A stretch of DNA of 64,000 bases. Source: Lama guanicoe (Eukaryota). Positions 13,201 through 25,700 of the stretch are shown in pieces. Position 1 is the first letter of the stretch. Each line of letters begins with the position of its first letter. Made by a program: the position numbers and the translations under genes. Below the pieces are notes generated by a model. That model was not told where the DNA came from, ran no database searches, and saw only the letters and a list, made by a program, of their open reading frames with translations. The stretch lies in contig MU054391.1 of NCBI GenBank assembly GCA_013239625.1, forward strand, positions 1,240,001 through 1,304,000, read 5' to 3'.

Positions 13201-15614
13201 CCGCAGGGAGAGCGCCCCCCACGGCTGGCGGGCAGACTGCGCCTCAGGCCCCAGTGGGCTGCCCGTCACCCCGGGTAAGCGAGGGGCAGGCAGGCTCAGT
13301 CACGAAGGAGCTCCTTTCAGAAACCAGCCCCCCTGCTTTTCCTGCTAGAGAACCCGGTGCCCTTGGAGATGTGGGCCTCGCCACACACGGTGCACAAACA
13401 CGCTTGCAGGCTGGAGGAGCCCACCCCCACTCCAGCTGCTCTGAGGACATGACCAGGATGAGCCCAGAGGCCTCCCACGGCAGGGGCCGGGGAGGGGCAT
13501 TGGCGGCAGACAGCTTCCTCTGCTGCTCCCCCCAGTCCAGGTCTTCTCCGCCTTAGAGCTCCTCTCGGTGCTGCCCTCAGATATGCAAAAAGGGCGATTA
13601 ATAATTAATAGGACGAGAGGCTCTCGCCTGCATTATTAAATGCCCAAGTGCAAGGACGGCCCAGCCCAGAGAGCAGCTGCAAAACTGCGGATCCTGCAGC
13701 CGCACTTAGACTTAGACGCTTCTTGAGTTCTCCGATCCCTCCTCCCTGGGCGCACGGGCGAGCCCAGATGCCAGGCTGGGGGACTCGTGGGAGCCCTGCC
13801 CCAGGCAGCAAGTGCCCGCCAGCCCAGGGCACCACTGGAGGACCTCGCGACCTCAGGGAGCCTTCACCGTCCGCCTGCCGGACAGCGGCCACAGGCCTCT
13901 TCCAGCACACGGTGCTCTTGGAGGGGTCACAGGCACCCCCGATGTCTCGGCGCCCGGGAGACCGCGTCTCACATGATGTGGGCCGCGGAGCAGGGGAACG
14001 TCTGTCCCACTGACAGGTGCCGACATTGCGCAGCAGACGGAGCCCCAAAGGGAACTGTTTGCCCCAAAAGCACAAAGGTTCCTCGTCAAGTCCAAGACGC
14101 ACTTTCTCCTTGTCAGAGATTCACATCAGAAGCATCTCAAGTTTTTGACGCCATATTTTTAGAGGAACATAAAATATCTTACAATTAATGGAATTAACTA
14201 AAAGCCACTGTAAGCTCGGAGCTGCCCCTCCCCCCAATCCAGTGCTGCATTTACTGGGGAAATAAAAACAAGGAAATGCGACCGGTCAGGTTCCCCACTC
14301 TCCCTCTGCCCGGAACCCTCCTCCCCACAAGCCCAGCCGGGTCTCCCTCTGGGGGCAGCAGGCCTCGGCCTGGGGTGGGAGTGCTGGGCCTGTCCGAGTT
14401 GGGCTGCATCCTGGCTTTCCTTCTCGGGCGCTGTGACTCTGGGGCTTCTGGGCACCAGAGTTAACAACAGCACCTCCCCCTGGGTGGGTGCAGAAGTGCA
14501 GGTCCTTCCACCGGCCTCCCTGCTGCCCCAGGGGACCTCCGGCCTCTCCAGGGAGGCAGGCTCTGCTGGGAGGTCTAACTGGCCAGGAGCGCCACAGAGG
14601 CAGGGTCTTGTCTCAGCACCGCCCCCCATCCCACAACGGGCCTGGGCGGTAAGAACACCTCTCGTGTCACCACCGAGAAAACAAAGGCTCTCACGCACCC
14701 CATTCCATGTCATCCCTAACCTTCAGAGACCCACCAGGCTGACGGGAGCAACGCTCGGGTAGCACCTTCCCAAACAGGTGAGAGACACTCGGCCAGGATC
14801 TCATCCCCAAGACCCAGGAGTGATCCTCCCAGGTGGCCTCTGCTCTCGCACTGAGCCCACCACACTCACAGTCCGTCCCAGGCGTCCGGCAGCGCAGCGG
14901 GTCTGGGGGAAGTAACAAAGCTGCTGGGATGACCACGCCCCTTTGTCCTGGGAAGAGGCCGAGGAAGCAGCAGGCCCCTGGGGCTGCGCCTCTGGGTGCG
15001 GAGATTGGGGGTGGCTCCCAGCTGACGCACTGGCACAGCCCCCCACCCCACACCTCACTCCTCTACCCATCCGCCTCCTCAGGATGCAGCTCTGGCGACT
15101 TACACCTCACTCCCGGGGGCAGCTCTCTGTGCCCAGGAGGCCTCTCCACGGGGACCCTCCCCACCCAGACTCCCAGGTCAGGGGACTCGCTCACACTGGC
15201 TCCACCCCTGAGACAGGTGTCCACACACTCTCTTCCCTCAGGTAGAAGGTGAGGGTGATAACACCCGCCTCCCGGGCAGCCGGGAAGAGAAAATGGGCCG
15301 ACGTGTGGGGAGGCACAGGCTCAGGGCCGCCCGAGGCTCCGGCTCGGAGAGGAGGCGGGACACGCAGGGACGCCGGCCGGGCCGTGGGGGCTGGGGGCCG
15401 TCCGTTCCCAGACGGCCATCTGCCCGGCACGTCAGCCTCCATCTGACCCAGCAGCTAACTTGGCTCCAACCGGCTCCTTTCCAGGGTTCTCAGACCAGCC
15501 AGGATCGATCCTGAGGTGCTCTGAAGCAGCAGTTAAGACAGGAGGGGAAGCCACAGCGGCCATCCAGAGACCATCAGGAGGAGAAAGAATCCCCATTCTG
15601 CCCCCTTCCCCTCC

Positions 15615-15655
15615 TCTCTGTCTCTCTCTCTCTCTCTCTCACACTCACACGCACA
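15615..15655. repeat. (TC)n-(CA)n compound microsatellite
   Basis: TCTCTGTCTCTCTCTCTCTCTCTCACACTCACACGCAC. Confidence 0.85.
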
Positions 15656-18646
15656 TGTTCAGCAACAGCCGTGCTGCCCCCAGCGGCTGGCTGCCTTGGC
15701 GGTGGGGTCGGGGTCCTGGCAGCAGGAGCAGAGCTGGCTTGGCTGTGCGCACGGGCACGTGTCCCCTCCTCCTGCCCCTTTTCTCCCTGGGGTCTTCCCT
15801 CCTCGGCGTGAGGAACCCACCTCTAGGTTACTCACCCGCTCCCCCTGAGCAAACCTGAGACCTGAAAGTGGGGAGGGGGAGGCCTGGAGTCGGGACAGAC
15901 CCCCAGGTGCCGACAAGCCCATCGCTCTGCGCTGAGACCCCACTCCCAGCCCGGTCCTTGTGCTGAAATCCTCCTTTCCCCCTCTTTGACTTCTAAGGCG
16001 CACGCAGTACCCGCCTCCCAGCTCCAAGCGGCTCCCACCTCAGCAGGACGTTCTGGGTCTGTGCCTCCGAGGCAGCGGCAGTGGCTCTGGCCATGAGGAT
16101 GGCCGAGGGAGAAAGGCGAGGGCCCCACTGGGAGAAACACCCGAGAGAAACCGGTGGGCTTCACAATTTTCAGGTCGATTCCACCAGCCCTCGTGCGCCC
16201 GCCTAGTGCCTCCGCCCAGCAGGCTGGGCCGCAGAGCTGCCCGTGCGCGGGTCTGGGTCTCGGGGGGACCGCCAGGCGCTCTGGCCTAGAGAATGTGGTG
16301 GCTGCTAAGTATGTAACTTGAGCAAGATGCTCTGAGAGCTGAAAGGGGTAGGAGGGAAGGAGACCCTCGTGTCTCATGTGCGACCCCAGGCATCCGAGGA
16401 CCGGTGAGTCCTGGCACCTGGTCCTGGAACCGCATGGTCTCGTGGAGGAGCCAGGCCCTAAGTGGGCGACGGCGCTGTGTGCTGGTGCTGGGGTCCCGTT
16501 GGTGGGGCCGGCGGGCGACAGCAGCTGCCGTGGCATCAGTGCCGCGGGGTTAGGGCAGCCCAGGCGCCTTCCTTCCGTATCCAGCACAGGGTGTCCCCTC
16601 AGCCCCTCCAGAGCGGGCTCCGGCGGGGGTGGGCAGCCTGTGGGGGCAGTCGTGCGGGGGGTTCTGAACAGGAAAGCAGAGACGGGAGCAGGCACCTCTG
16701 GGCTCTGGATCTGAGCTCAGATAAGAACACGCCGTTGGGGGTCCTGACGGGCTGGAAGGAGGAAGAGCCATGGAACCAGCAGACATTGATCATTTGAGAA
16801 GCTCTTAGTGGGAGGGTCAGTTCTGAGGCCTGGGCGCAGAGTAGGAGAGAGGAACCGTCAGGGTCCCAGGGCTGGTAGTGGGGCTGCTCTGCCACCTGGG
16901 TCCACGGGGCGGGAGTGCAGGGACAGGCCCAACGCCTCCCCCGCCTGATCCCCAGGACCTGCGATGTGGTACCTTATGTGGCCAATGGGGCGCTGCAGGA
17001 TGCCGAGATGGGACAGGAGCCTGCATGACCTGGTGACCCAGCCTCATCCCCAGGTCCTCGTGGGGGGGGCAGCAGGGGATCAGAGGCAGAGCAGAGGAGG
17101 TGAGGACGGAGGCAGAGGCGAAAGAGGCAGAGAGCGGGAGAAGGAGCTGAAGATGGAGGGAGGGGCCACAAGCCGAGGAATGCGGGCGCCTCCAGGAGCT
17201 GGGAAAGGCCAGGAGACAGCTCCTCCCCGAGCCTCCCGGAGGAACACAGCCCCACAGGCACTGCTTTCACACCACGGCCTCCAGATGGTAAGACAGGTTT
17301 GTGGTCACACGTCACAGCCACCGGGGAAGTAACAAAGAGAGGCTACGAGACGCTGGCCAGAGCTGGGCCCAGGGTTGACGCACATGGCCAGGCAGTGGAA
17401 ACCCCGCAGGGAGGCGCCAACACCCCCACCTCACTCCGGGCCGTGATCCCTCTTGGAGCCGCCCGCGGGTGGACGTGGGCGGAAGCCGAAGGCCAGGAGT
17501 GCAGAGATTAAGGTGCGGGGCAGGTGGACGAGGGGGCAGGCGTGGGGCAGATGGAGGCTGGCTGGCGGCTCAGAGGGCAGAGTGGGGGTGCCCGCGGGAC
17601 GGGTAGCACCTGCCTGGAGACCTGCCGAGCCCGGACCTTGCTGCTCACGGACGTGTGGCTAAACGTTCAGCCCTTCCTCCCTCATCCATGGGACAGCCGT
17701 CATCCTCCCCCCCGAGTGGAAGTCGATACCCCACCTCCGGGGAAGTGGCTGAAAGGGGACCCAGGGGTCCAGAACCCCAGGGCGACAGCCTCTGCCTCCC
17801 CGTGTCTGGCTGGCAGCCTTCCTCGCCATGGGAGCGACCAGGACCAGACTTCCCACATTTCCCACAACAAGCAGGCGTCTAAGGCGGCTCCAGGAATTGA
17901 TGGATGTTTCTTGCAAAGCTATTAGCTATTAGATTCAAGAGCTGAGAGTGGACGGGTGTGTCTGCCGATGGGCAAAGCCAACAGTGCTCTCTGCAGCCCC
18001 AGAGAGAGGACAGGGAGCCAGCGGTGCCCCAGCCGCACCCGGACCCCTGAGAGCTGAGACCCACCAGCTCGCCAGCGTGGGGGGAGGGGAGCAGCCCCCG
18101 AGGGCAAGAGGGATGACGGGCTTTTCCAGCCAGTTTCTGGGGGACCACTTCTGCCCGTGGTGTGACCCTCGGCCCTTCTCTGTCTCCCCCACACACTGTG
18201 CTTCCCCACAAGAGAACAAATGGGGAGATGGGCCTCCCCAAGGCTATGGAGCTAGAAACACGGGTGGTGAGGAAATGGGAAGTTACACATGTGTGCACAC
18301 GAGCGTGCACGCGCACACGCACAGCCCCGGCCCCAGCCCCAGCATGTGTTTTCCTCCACCTGCAGCCCCCTCCCCGCCCCACGGCTGCGGGCGTCCCTCT
18401 CAATTACTGCTGCTCACAGATGTGCTCTCGGCAAACTCGCCCTTTACTTGTCACACCAAGAGAACAGTTAGGCGGCCCCAGGAAGCTTGGCAGGACACGG
18501 GGAGATGCTTTTAGATCAACCTCATTTGCATCAAGCGAGAGCATCCCTGTGTCCTTGCAGAAGATGAAAGTGTGCCTCCCTCTGCTTCCACCCGCCCTGT
18601 TCAGACATCTGACCGGGCACCCACTCTCCCAAGGAGGAGAGAGCCA

Positions 18647-18828
18647 CAGCAGCTGCCTCTCCCTCCCTCCCTCTCCCTCCCGCTCCCTCCCCCCCCTCTC
18701 CCTTTCCTTCTCTCTCTCTCTCTCCTGCCACCCCCCTCAGCAGCGGCCTCTCCCTCCCTCCCTCTCCCTCCCGCTCCCTCCCCCCCCTCTCCCTTTCCTT
18801 CTCTCTCTCTCTCTCCTGCCACCCCCCT
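18647..18828. repeat. 91-bp tandem duplication of a polypyrimidine tract
   Basis: 18647-18737 and 18738-18828 are identical except CAGCAGCTG vs CAGCAGCGG. Confidence 0.95.
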
Positions 18829-20149
18829 CTCTCCCCTTCTCTTGCCCAAAGATTCTTTGACTGCATAATTGAAACCGAGGGAACACAAATGCACAGGAGC
18901 AAGTGGCACAGATGTTTCCATCACAGGTACCTCAAATAACTCCAAAGGGCCCTACCCGCGTAGCGCCTGTGAATATATTTCATGCCTGGCTCGCTGAGAA
19001 TGAGCATTGGAAGTCATCGCTGTGAACGCAGGGAGCTGGATGAATTTCAATCCAGCACAGAAACCAGCCACTTCTGTTGCTGGCTGTCAGCCGCAGTCAC
19101 ATCACGGCAGATATCTTTTGCAAGACCAGCAGAAGCTGGCGTGTCATTTTTGACATAGCTGCTTGTCCCTTTTCACTGCTCGGCTGACAGCCGTCCCCAC
19201 GCCTGCCTGTTGCTCTGCATTGAACAGACCCAGGTGCCCAGGCTCGAAGCTCTGGGGCTTCACTGGAAGATGTCAGCTCAGCTCTGTGTCTTGGACGGTG
19301 GAGCTGCTGGACCAATTGATTTGCCTGCCAGCCGCGCCAGGCGTCCAGGAGAGGGATGGCTGGGAACATGCTTGGAAATCTGATGCATATTTCAAAGGAC
19401 AGTCACACCGGTTCTGGGAAGAAAGCAGGTCACGAGGAAGGCTCGGCCTTGCCAGCGCTGAGGTTACGTGCTCCCGGGACGCCACTCACTCCTGCCATCC
19501 CTGGCGGAGCAGGTGCCTCGGGACCCTGACACAGCGTTGCTGTGGCTGCTGCCTCCTGCAGCACTGGCTTCCTCCTTTGCTGCGCATTTTCAGATTCTAA
19601 CTTATTTACCACTTTTAATCAAGTGGAGAAAACGGTTCACAGAAGCAGAATCGGATCAACAGCTGAGTCACTGCTCACAAGCTGTGTGGCCCGGGGACCG
19701 TCGCTTGGCCACTTTGAGTCTCCATGCCCCCAGCTGCACAGGGGTGCACCCCTCCCACCCCAGTGCCTGGGGAGCGGGGAGTCGGAAGTGCTCTGGGCAA
19801 GGACTAGAGGGCTTCATCTCAGGAGCCGGGGCCTCTCCTTCCCTGACGCCCCCCTCCCGGAGGGTCACAGTGCTGCCGCTTGACAGGGTGCAGCCGGGGG
19901 CCGCAGCGCAGCGGGAGGGTGACAGAGCTCAGGCCGATGTGCCCAGCACTGGGAGTGCACGGCCCCGTGCGGCCCTCAGGGTCCCCAGGGCAGCAGCATC
20001 TATGCTTGCAGGTGCGGCTTGTGGAGCTCGCGGAGAAGAGGTGACTCGCTCAGACGGACGCAGGCAATGCGAGCAGGTCTGAGCCGGGCCCCGGTCTCAT
20101 GGCACCGCCCCCTCCCCGCTGGCGCTCGGCCTGCGAGGCTGACGGCATG

Positions 20150-20530
20150 GATGGCAGCCATGGGCTCCCTTGTTCTCCACCCCCTCCTTAGGTCTGACCA
20201 GCGGGGAGCCCTGGCAGGAGGCTGTGGGGAGCGAGGGGGAAGAGGGCCTTTGTCCCCAGCTTCACCATGCAAGGTCTCCATGGACGCTTCCCCTTCCCCA
20301 CTGGCCAGCGGTCACCTTCTCTGCGTGACCCTCTGGTTCTGATACCTGCTCCCTCCCGTGGTCCCTCCAGGCCTGACAGTGGTGACCAAGTGCCTTGACC
20401 AGCCCTGTGGTCAGTAAACCATTGTCGCCTGTATCCCTGCCCCTACCTTTCCAGATGGACCCTTGGTTAAACAGGCCTTAAGCTGTCTTAATGTCGTATG
20501 TCATCTGTTTGCCATAGGCCCCGAGGGACA
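20150..20530 (+). mobile_element. LTR33-like ERVL solo LTR
   Basis: CCCTCCAGGCCTG...CCCTGCCCCTACCTTT...CCCTTGGTTAAAC...TGTCATCTGTTTGCC resembles the recalled LTR33 3' end. Confidence 0.5.
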
Positions 20531-21899
20531 CAGGGAGGCAGCTGGGCCCTTGGCATCCAGGGACATGCTAAGGACTCCACCCCTCCAGGGACCTCCACGC
20601 CACCCAGAGGGCAACGGAGGGGTCGACCAGATGTCAGAGGAGAAGCGGCGCCTGGAGCCCCGCCTCCTGCATGGCCCCTTCCCAGGAGCACGTCCCATCT
20701 CGTCCATCTTTGTGCCTCCTTGCAGGCATGTCTGCACCCCACCCCGGGCTTGCTTGGGCCGGGACAGCACGGTCAGCGCCCTGACTCCACCTCCCCCCTC
20801 CTTCCGCTAACGGCTGGGCTCACGGCGGCTCTCGCGGCCCAGGCCCCTGCCGCTCACTGAGCCGCAGCGTCCAGCCTGCATCCTGCCGCTGCCTTCGTTA
20901 GAGGGGCTGGACGGCTCTCCCCTGAGTGGAGCCTCTGAGCCCTCCTGCCCGTCCCGGGGGGAGCAGGGCCCCGAGCCGGCAGAGGGATGCCTGCACGTGT
21001 CGGGGGGCCCCTGGTCCCTCTGCTTCACGGGGGACCTCGCTCGCTATGCTGGCGCTTCCAGTCGGGCTCGAAGCACAGAAAACGTGGTTTGCCGTGGATT
21101 TCCTCTCTCTGCTGGAAGCGGCGTTTCGTTTCCCCAGAGTCTGTTTGACATATTTAAATAGAATTTGGGAGCAAGAAGAGGGAGGTTGTCGAGAGACGGT
21201 GCCTGTCCAGTGGTTTTAGTTAATGCAGAGAAGCTGACAGGGCCACCGAGGGAGGGAACTGGGGACGAGCTCACCCTGCCAACGCGAACGCCCGGGTCCC
21301 TAAGGCCCCACGGGCCTTGGACCCACAACAGGAGCCACATCAGAGGAGACTTCCCTTTCAGCAAATGGCCACCTGCTCCTCGGGGGAGATGAGAGTCTGT
21401 CTCAGGACAATCGGGAAGAGCCACCTGGCCGCCCGCTGGAACCCCCCGAGGGGGCCCCAGTCACAGACTCGGGGCGCAGGCAGCAGGAGGGCGGTGTGCG
21501 TGGGGTGGGACCTTCCCCCGGACCAGGCTGTCCACACAGCTGAGTGCCCTTGGGAGTCGCCCCAGGACTGTGTTTCTGACAGGGGACCTCGCGATGTACG
21601 AGGCCCCCGCACCATCAAACCATCCTCTCCATGAGCTCCTGACGGACATCCTGAAAGCGCGCGTCTGCCCGTCTCCTCGCACAGTCGCCATCGCCTGACT
21701 TCCGAGAACCTGAGAGCGTCACCACCACCATCCTGCTGGGACGTCAGCCATCAATGTGGGCAGTCACGGTTCCTTCCTCGCCCCCGGGTGTCCGCGACTC
21801 CTCCCCAGACCAGGAGGGGAGCCCCGGGGCAGGGCCTGCACTCTGAGCCCGGCTCTTCTCACCCAGCAGACGTGGCTGCCGGCCCCACTCAGGGTCGCG

Positions 21900-22727
21900 C
21901 AGGAGTCAGTGCCCCGGTCTGGCCGGGCCCTGGGAGCTTCCTCGCACAGCATCTCAAACACTCCAGGCCCCAAGTTTCCACAAGTGGACTCTGCACTCCC
22001 CTTCCCCGATGGTGGACTCTTCCCCGCTGCTCGGGAAGCCTCCCGAGCCACACCCACATCACGGGGGGCGGACCACTAAAACACACCCAGCCAGCTCTCT
22101 GCTCACTGCCTCTGGGCCTCACCCCTTGTCCGAATCTCCTGACCTCACACCTGGATGGCCACCCGGAGCTCCCGGCCGATGTCAGTCCGTCAGGCTCTGT
22201 CTTCCACGGACGGCTCCCCACGCAGTCAAGCCCCCAGAGAGCCCCATTGCCCTCTGAATGCAAGACCAAGGTTTTGCAACGGACACAGACTCCATCACCT
22301 GCCCTGGACGGCCCTCTGACTTTGCCCTCTCCAGCCACAACACCCCTCCTGGTCGCTCTTTGACCACATGCCCCGTCCCTGCTAATGGTGTCTCCTCAAC
22401 TCCTCCCTGGGGCCCCCCCTCATTTCCGAATCCCCCTCGGAGCCCAGGTGAGGACATCACAGTGGTTCTCACTCTTGACGGGCCAGCACGTCACCGATCC
22501 AGCTGACCCCCCGCACTTCCAAACGCTGCCCCCCACCCGCCCTCCTCTATTTCCCTAAAGCAAAACCTCCGATGCCAGAGAACTGACTTGAGATCACGCT
22601 CACTGGTCCTCCTCTCCCTGCGCTGTGAGTGCGTGAAGAGCAGGGAGCCGTGTCCTCACCTTTGCAAACTTACGACCCTTGGCACCGGGAACCTCGCGGG
22701 AAACGCTCAGTAGCTGCTCGTTTGAAC
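21900..22727 (+). mobile_element. LINE-2 (L2) 3' region, degenerate
   Basis: CAGCATCTCAAAC, CCCCATTGCCCTCTGAATGCAAGACCAA, CTGTGAG...GAGCAGGGA...GTGTC and the terminal GCTCAGTAGCTGCTCGTTTGAA are L2 sense-strand hallmarks. Confidence 0.5.
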
Positions 22728-25700
22728 ATCGAGGACACCTGGCTGGGCCCAGCCTCCCAGGAACATACGAGGAAGTGAACCCTGAGCCGTTGCCTTTGGT
22801 CACTGAGTTTGGGGTGGCTCAGTGTGCAGCTGACCTCAGTGTCCAGTGTGAGGGCCCAGCACCAGCCTGCCCCTGCGAGCACCAGAGAAGGAGGAGCCCA
22901 GTGCAGGGAAGAGGGGGGGCAGCCGGTGCGCGGCCAGAGGCCCTAGGAGGGGGGTCTGAGGACAGGTGGGCCGGCTCCTCCTGGGGGCCGGTGGCCGGGC
23001 GCGCGGTCTTGGCACGCTGCGTGCCGGACATGCCTGCCCTCACACCGCACGTCTGTCAGCGCTGGACCTCTGAGGTCCTGCCATCTCAAGAACCTGGATT
23101 AAACTGAGTTACCAAACTCAGAAAAGAAAACAAATGAAAGGAGCTAGATGGACAAACACTGCAGCCTGATTGTCCCCTTGGCCGCAGGGGGCACCGGCAG
23201 CCCTGGCGTGCTCGGGGCGGGGGCGCACCCTCATCCCGCAGCCTTGCAGGGAGGATGGCCATGGGGCCACCTTGCCCCTGGACCGTTTCTTATTGCCCCA
23301 GAGACCGCCTGGAATTGGCGGGTTTAGAGAACGGGTCACGCCGCCGCCCGTGGCCGTCGCTTGTGACCAGGGTGCTTCTCTCAGGCAGGAAACTGGACCC
23401 CAGGGGAAGGTCCTGGAAATGCCATCTAGGGGGAAACACTGACTTCTGGTTGTGCTGCGCCTGAGCGGGAGGTCGGGGCGAGGCCAGCCCTGGGCCGGGG
23501 GCTGGGGAGTTACAGAGGATCTGGAAGTCACAGGGTGACGCGGGTGTCAGCACGAGGTCCCATAGGGAGAGAGCCCGGTCTGGGTGGACTGGCCGTTGGC
23601 GGGGGCGGGCAGTGGCAGGCCAGCGTAGGAGCAGGCGCCCCCCAGAGCACACGTCCCTCGGGGGGAAACCCAGCACTTTGGGAACTTGACTATTTTTAAC
23701 CTGTAATCCTTCCCTCCCAGCGTCCCTGCAGGACTTGTGAAGGGTTTTTTTTGAAGTCACTCTGTGACCTCTGTGATAAGGAGAAGCAAGAAAATGGGAT
23801 TTGAGGGGAGGGGGGCCTCCCGGGGCACATGCGGCGGAGCCACTGGGGGGCCCAGCTGGGGACGGCGAGTCCACACGACAGGCCAGTAAACCGGGAGACG
23901 AGATGTTGGGGAAGGAACAACAACTTCATTCAGAGAGCCGGCAGACTGAGAAGACGGGGGGCTGACGTCCTGGAGAACCATCTTCCTCAAGTCAGAATTC
24001 AGGCTCCTTTAATACTAAAAAGGGGAGGGGGCAGGTCACGATTTCCTATAAACCTCCAGCAAGACAAATGTTATTCTCTGATCTGCAACTTTTTATCTTT
24101 ATACGAATGAGAAAGTGTTACACCCGTCAAGGTCACAGCCTTGAGAAGGGGTTCTCCTGTGTATTTCCAGCTACCGGCGGCATTCTTTTACAAAAGGTGC
24201 AGACCCAGCCTGACAGCGCAGGAAGCAGAGCACAGGGTCAGAGGTAAAGGAGCAGATCTAATGCGGAGTTGGGTCTGTCCCTCCCCGAGACAGGGGGAGG
24301 CGGGCACACAGCCCACACACCGCTCCGTCCTTTCACTAGTTTCCCCGGCCTGCCAGCCTCCTCGTTTTGTTTTGTGCTTCAGTGTGAAAGGGGCGTCTGT
24401 CTCTGCCCTGTCACTCCGACCCTCTTCTGAGGTCAGGCCTCGCCCCACTGACACCAGCGTCCTTCCAACAGAAACGGCCCTGCCCTGAGGCGTCCCTGAG
24501 GCGCCGGACGCCAGCCCAGACCCTGCAGCTTCTCGAGAATCATACCGGCTTCCTGGCGGGGGTGCACGGAGCAGGAGACACACCAGACCCGAGTGGCAGG
24601 GCTCAGGCCGCTGGTCACTGGTCCAGCCGCCACCGCGCTCCCACAGCATCTCCCTCTTCAGTGAAAACGCGGAGGTGAAGGCTGAGCGGGGACGCCAGGC
24701 CCTCAGCTCTGCCGCGCTCGCTTGGACCTCGGGAGACTCTGAGCTGAGGCGGGGTCCAGAGGCTCCCTGGAGCTCACAGTCACCTGAGCTGCAGGCAGAG
24801 CGGACCACACGAGGCCTCGCCCCAGCGCCCTGGGCAGGGGGTCCACGCCGGAAGACGGGGGCGTGGGGAAGCGGCTCAGCTCCCCGGGTGGGGGGCTCCC
24901 CCCCGTGGTCGGTTTTGCGTCGCTGTAGTGTCACCAACGGCTGGAAGACGCTGCTTTGTCTGCAGGGACGTGGGGTGCTCATCACACAGTAAACCAGCCT
25001 ACAGACCAAACAAACCACGCTCCCCACTGCCCGCTGCCGGGGTCCAGCCTCGCTCTCGGGCCTAGTTCTGCGACCGCGAATGAGGGACGTGAAAACACCC
25101 GTCACGCTGGGGTGGAAGCAGCGTGAGTGACTTGGCCTCTCTGTGACCAGGGGTGCTCGAGGGTCAGAGGTGCTTCACACAGAAAGGTCAGCTCACAGAG
25201 GTACCCATCTTCCCTGCTCCCCTACGTTTTCCGCTGAGACCTGGAAACACAGCCCCCAGGGGCCTGTCTGGAAGCGGCCCGGAGGACCATCACTGCAGAT
25301 CATCGCACCTGGGGACACCGAGTCTGTCTCTGCAGTGGGACAGAAGCCCCTGGAAGGCACACTCCGCCTCGTAGCTCATTGCCGGCCAGTCGCCTGGCTC
25401 AGGCAGAACTCAGGGCGCGCTTACCCGGCGACCGAATGCAAGTCACGCCTCCTGGGTGGAGGCCAGCGGGCAGGCACCCTAAGGAGCTGGCAGGCCCGGG
25501 GGAGCCCCGGGCCCCACAGAGGCTGTCCTTCCTGGCGTCTTGCTGCCTGAGGCACAGAGAAGCCTCCTGGGAAGACAACCAGGGCGGAGATGGGCAGGGT
25601 CGGGGCAGGCCTGGGTCTCAGGACAAGGGCTGTCTCTCAGCTGTCCTAGGGCCGTGCCCCTAGGACCCACCCTAAAACCTCGGGGGGTGAAATTAGAATT

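Noticed and set aside
19030-19095. Small hairpins as a pre-miRNA
   Set aside because: Stems are only 6-7 bp; no long imperfect stem and no known mature miRNA sequence recognised
24188-25105. Longest ORF (305 aa, - strand) and similar long ORFs at 15832-16695, 53149-54021, 56220-57038 and 3118-3921
   Set aside because: Pro/Arg/Gly/Ala/Ser-rich, overlapping ORFs in several frames, no recognisable domain, many with non-ATG starts; expected from stop-codon scarcity in GC-rich DNA
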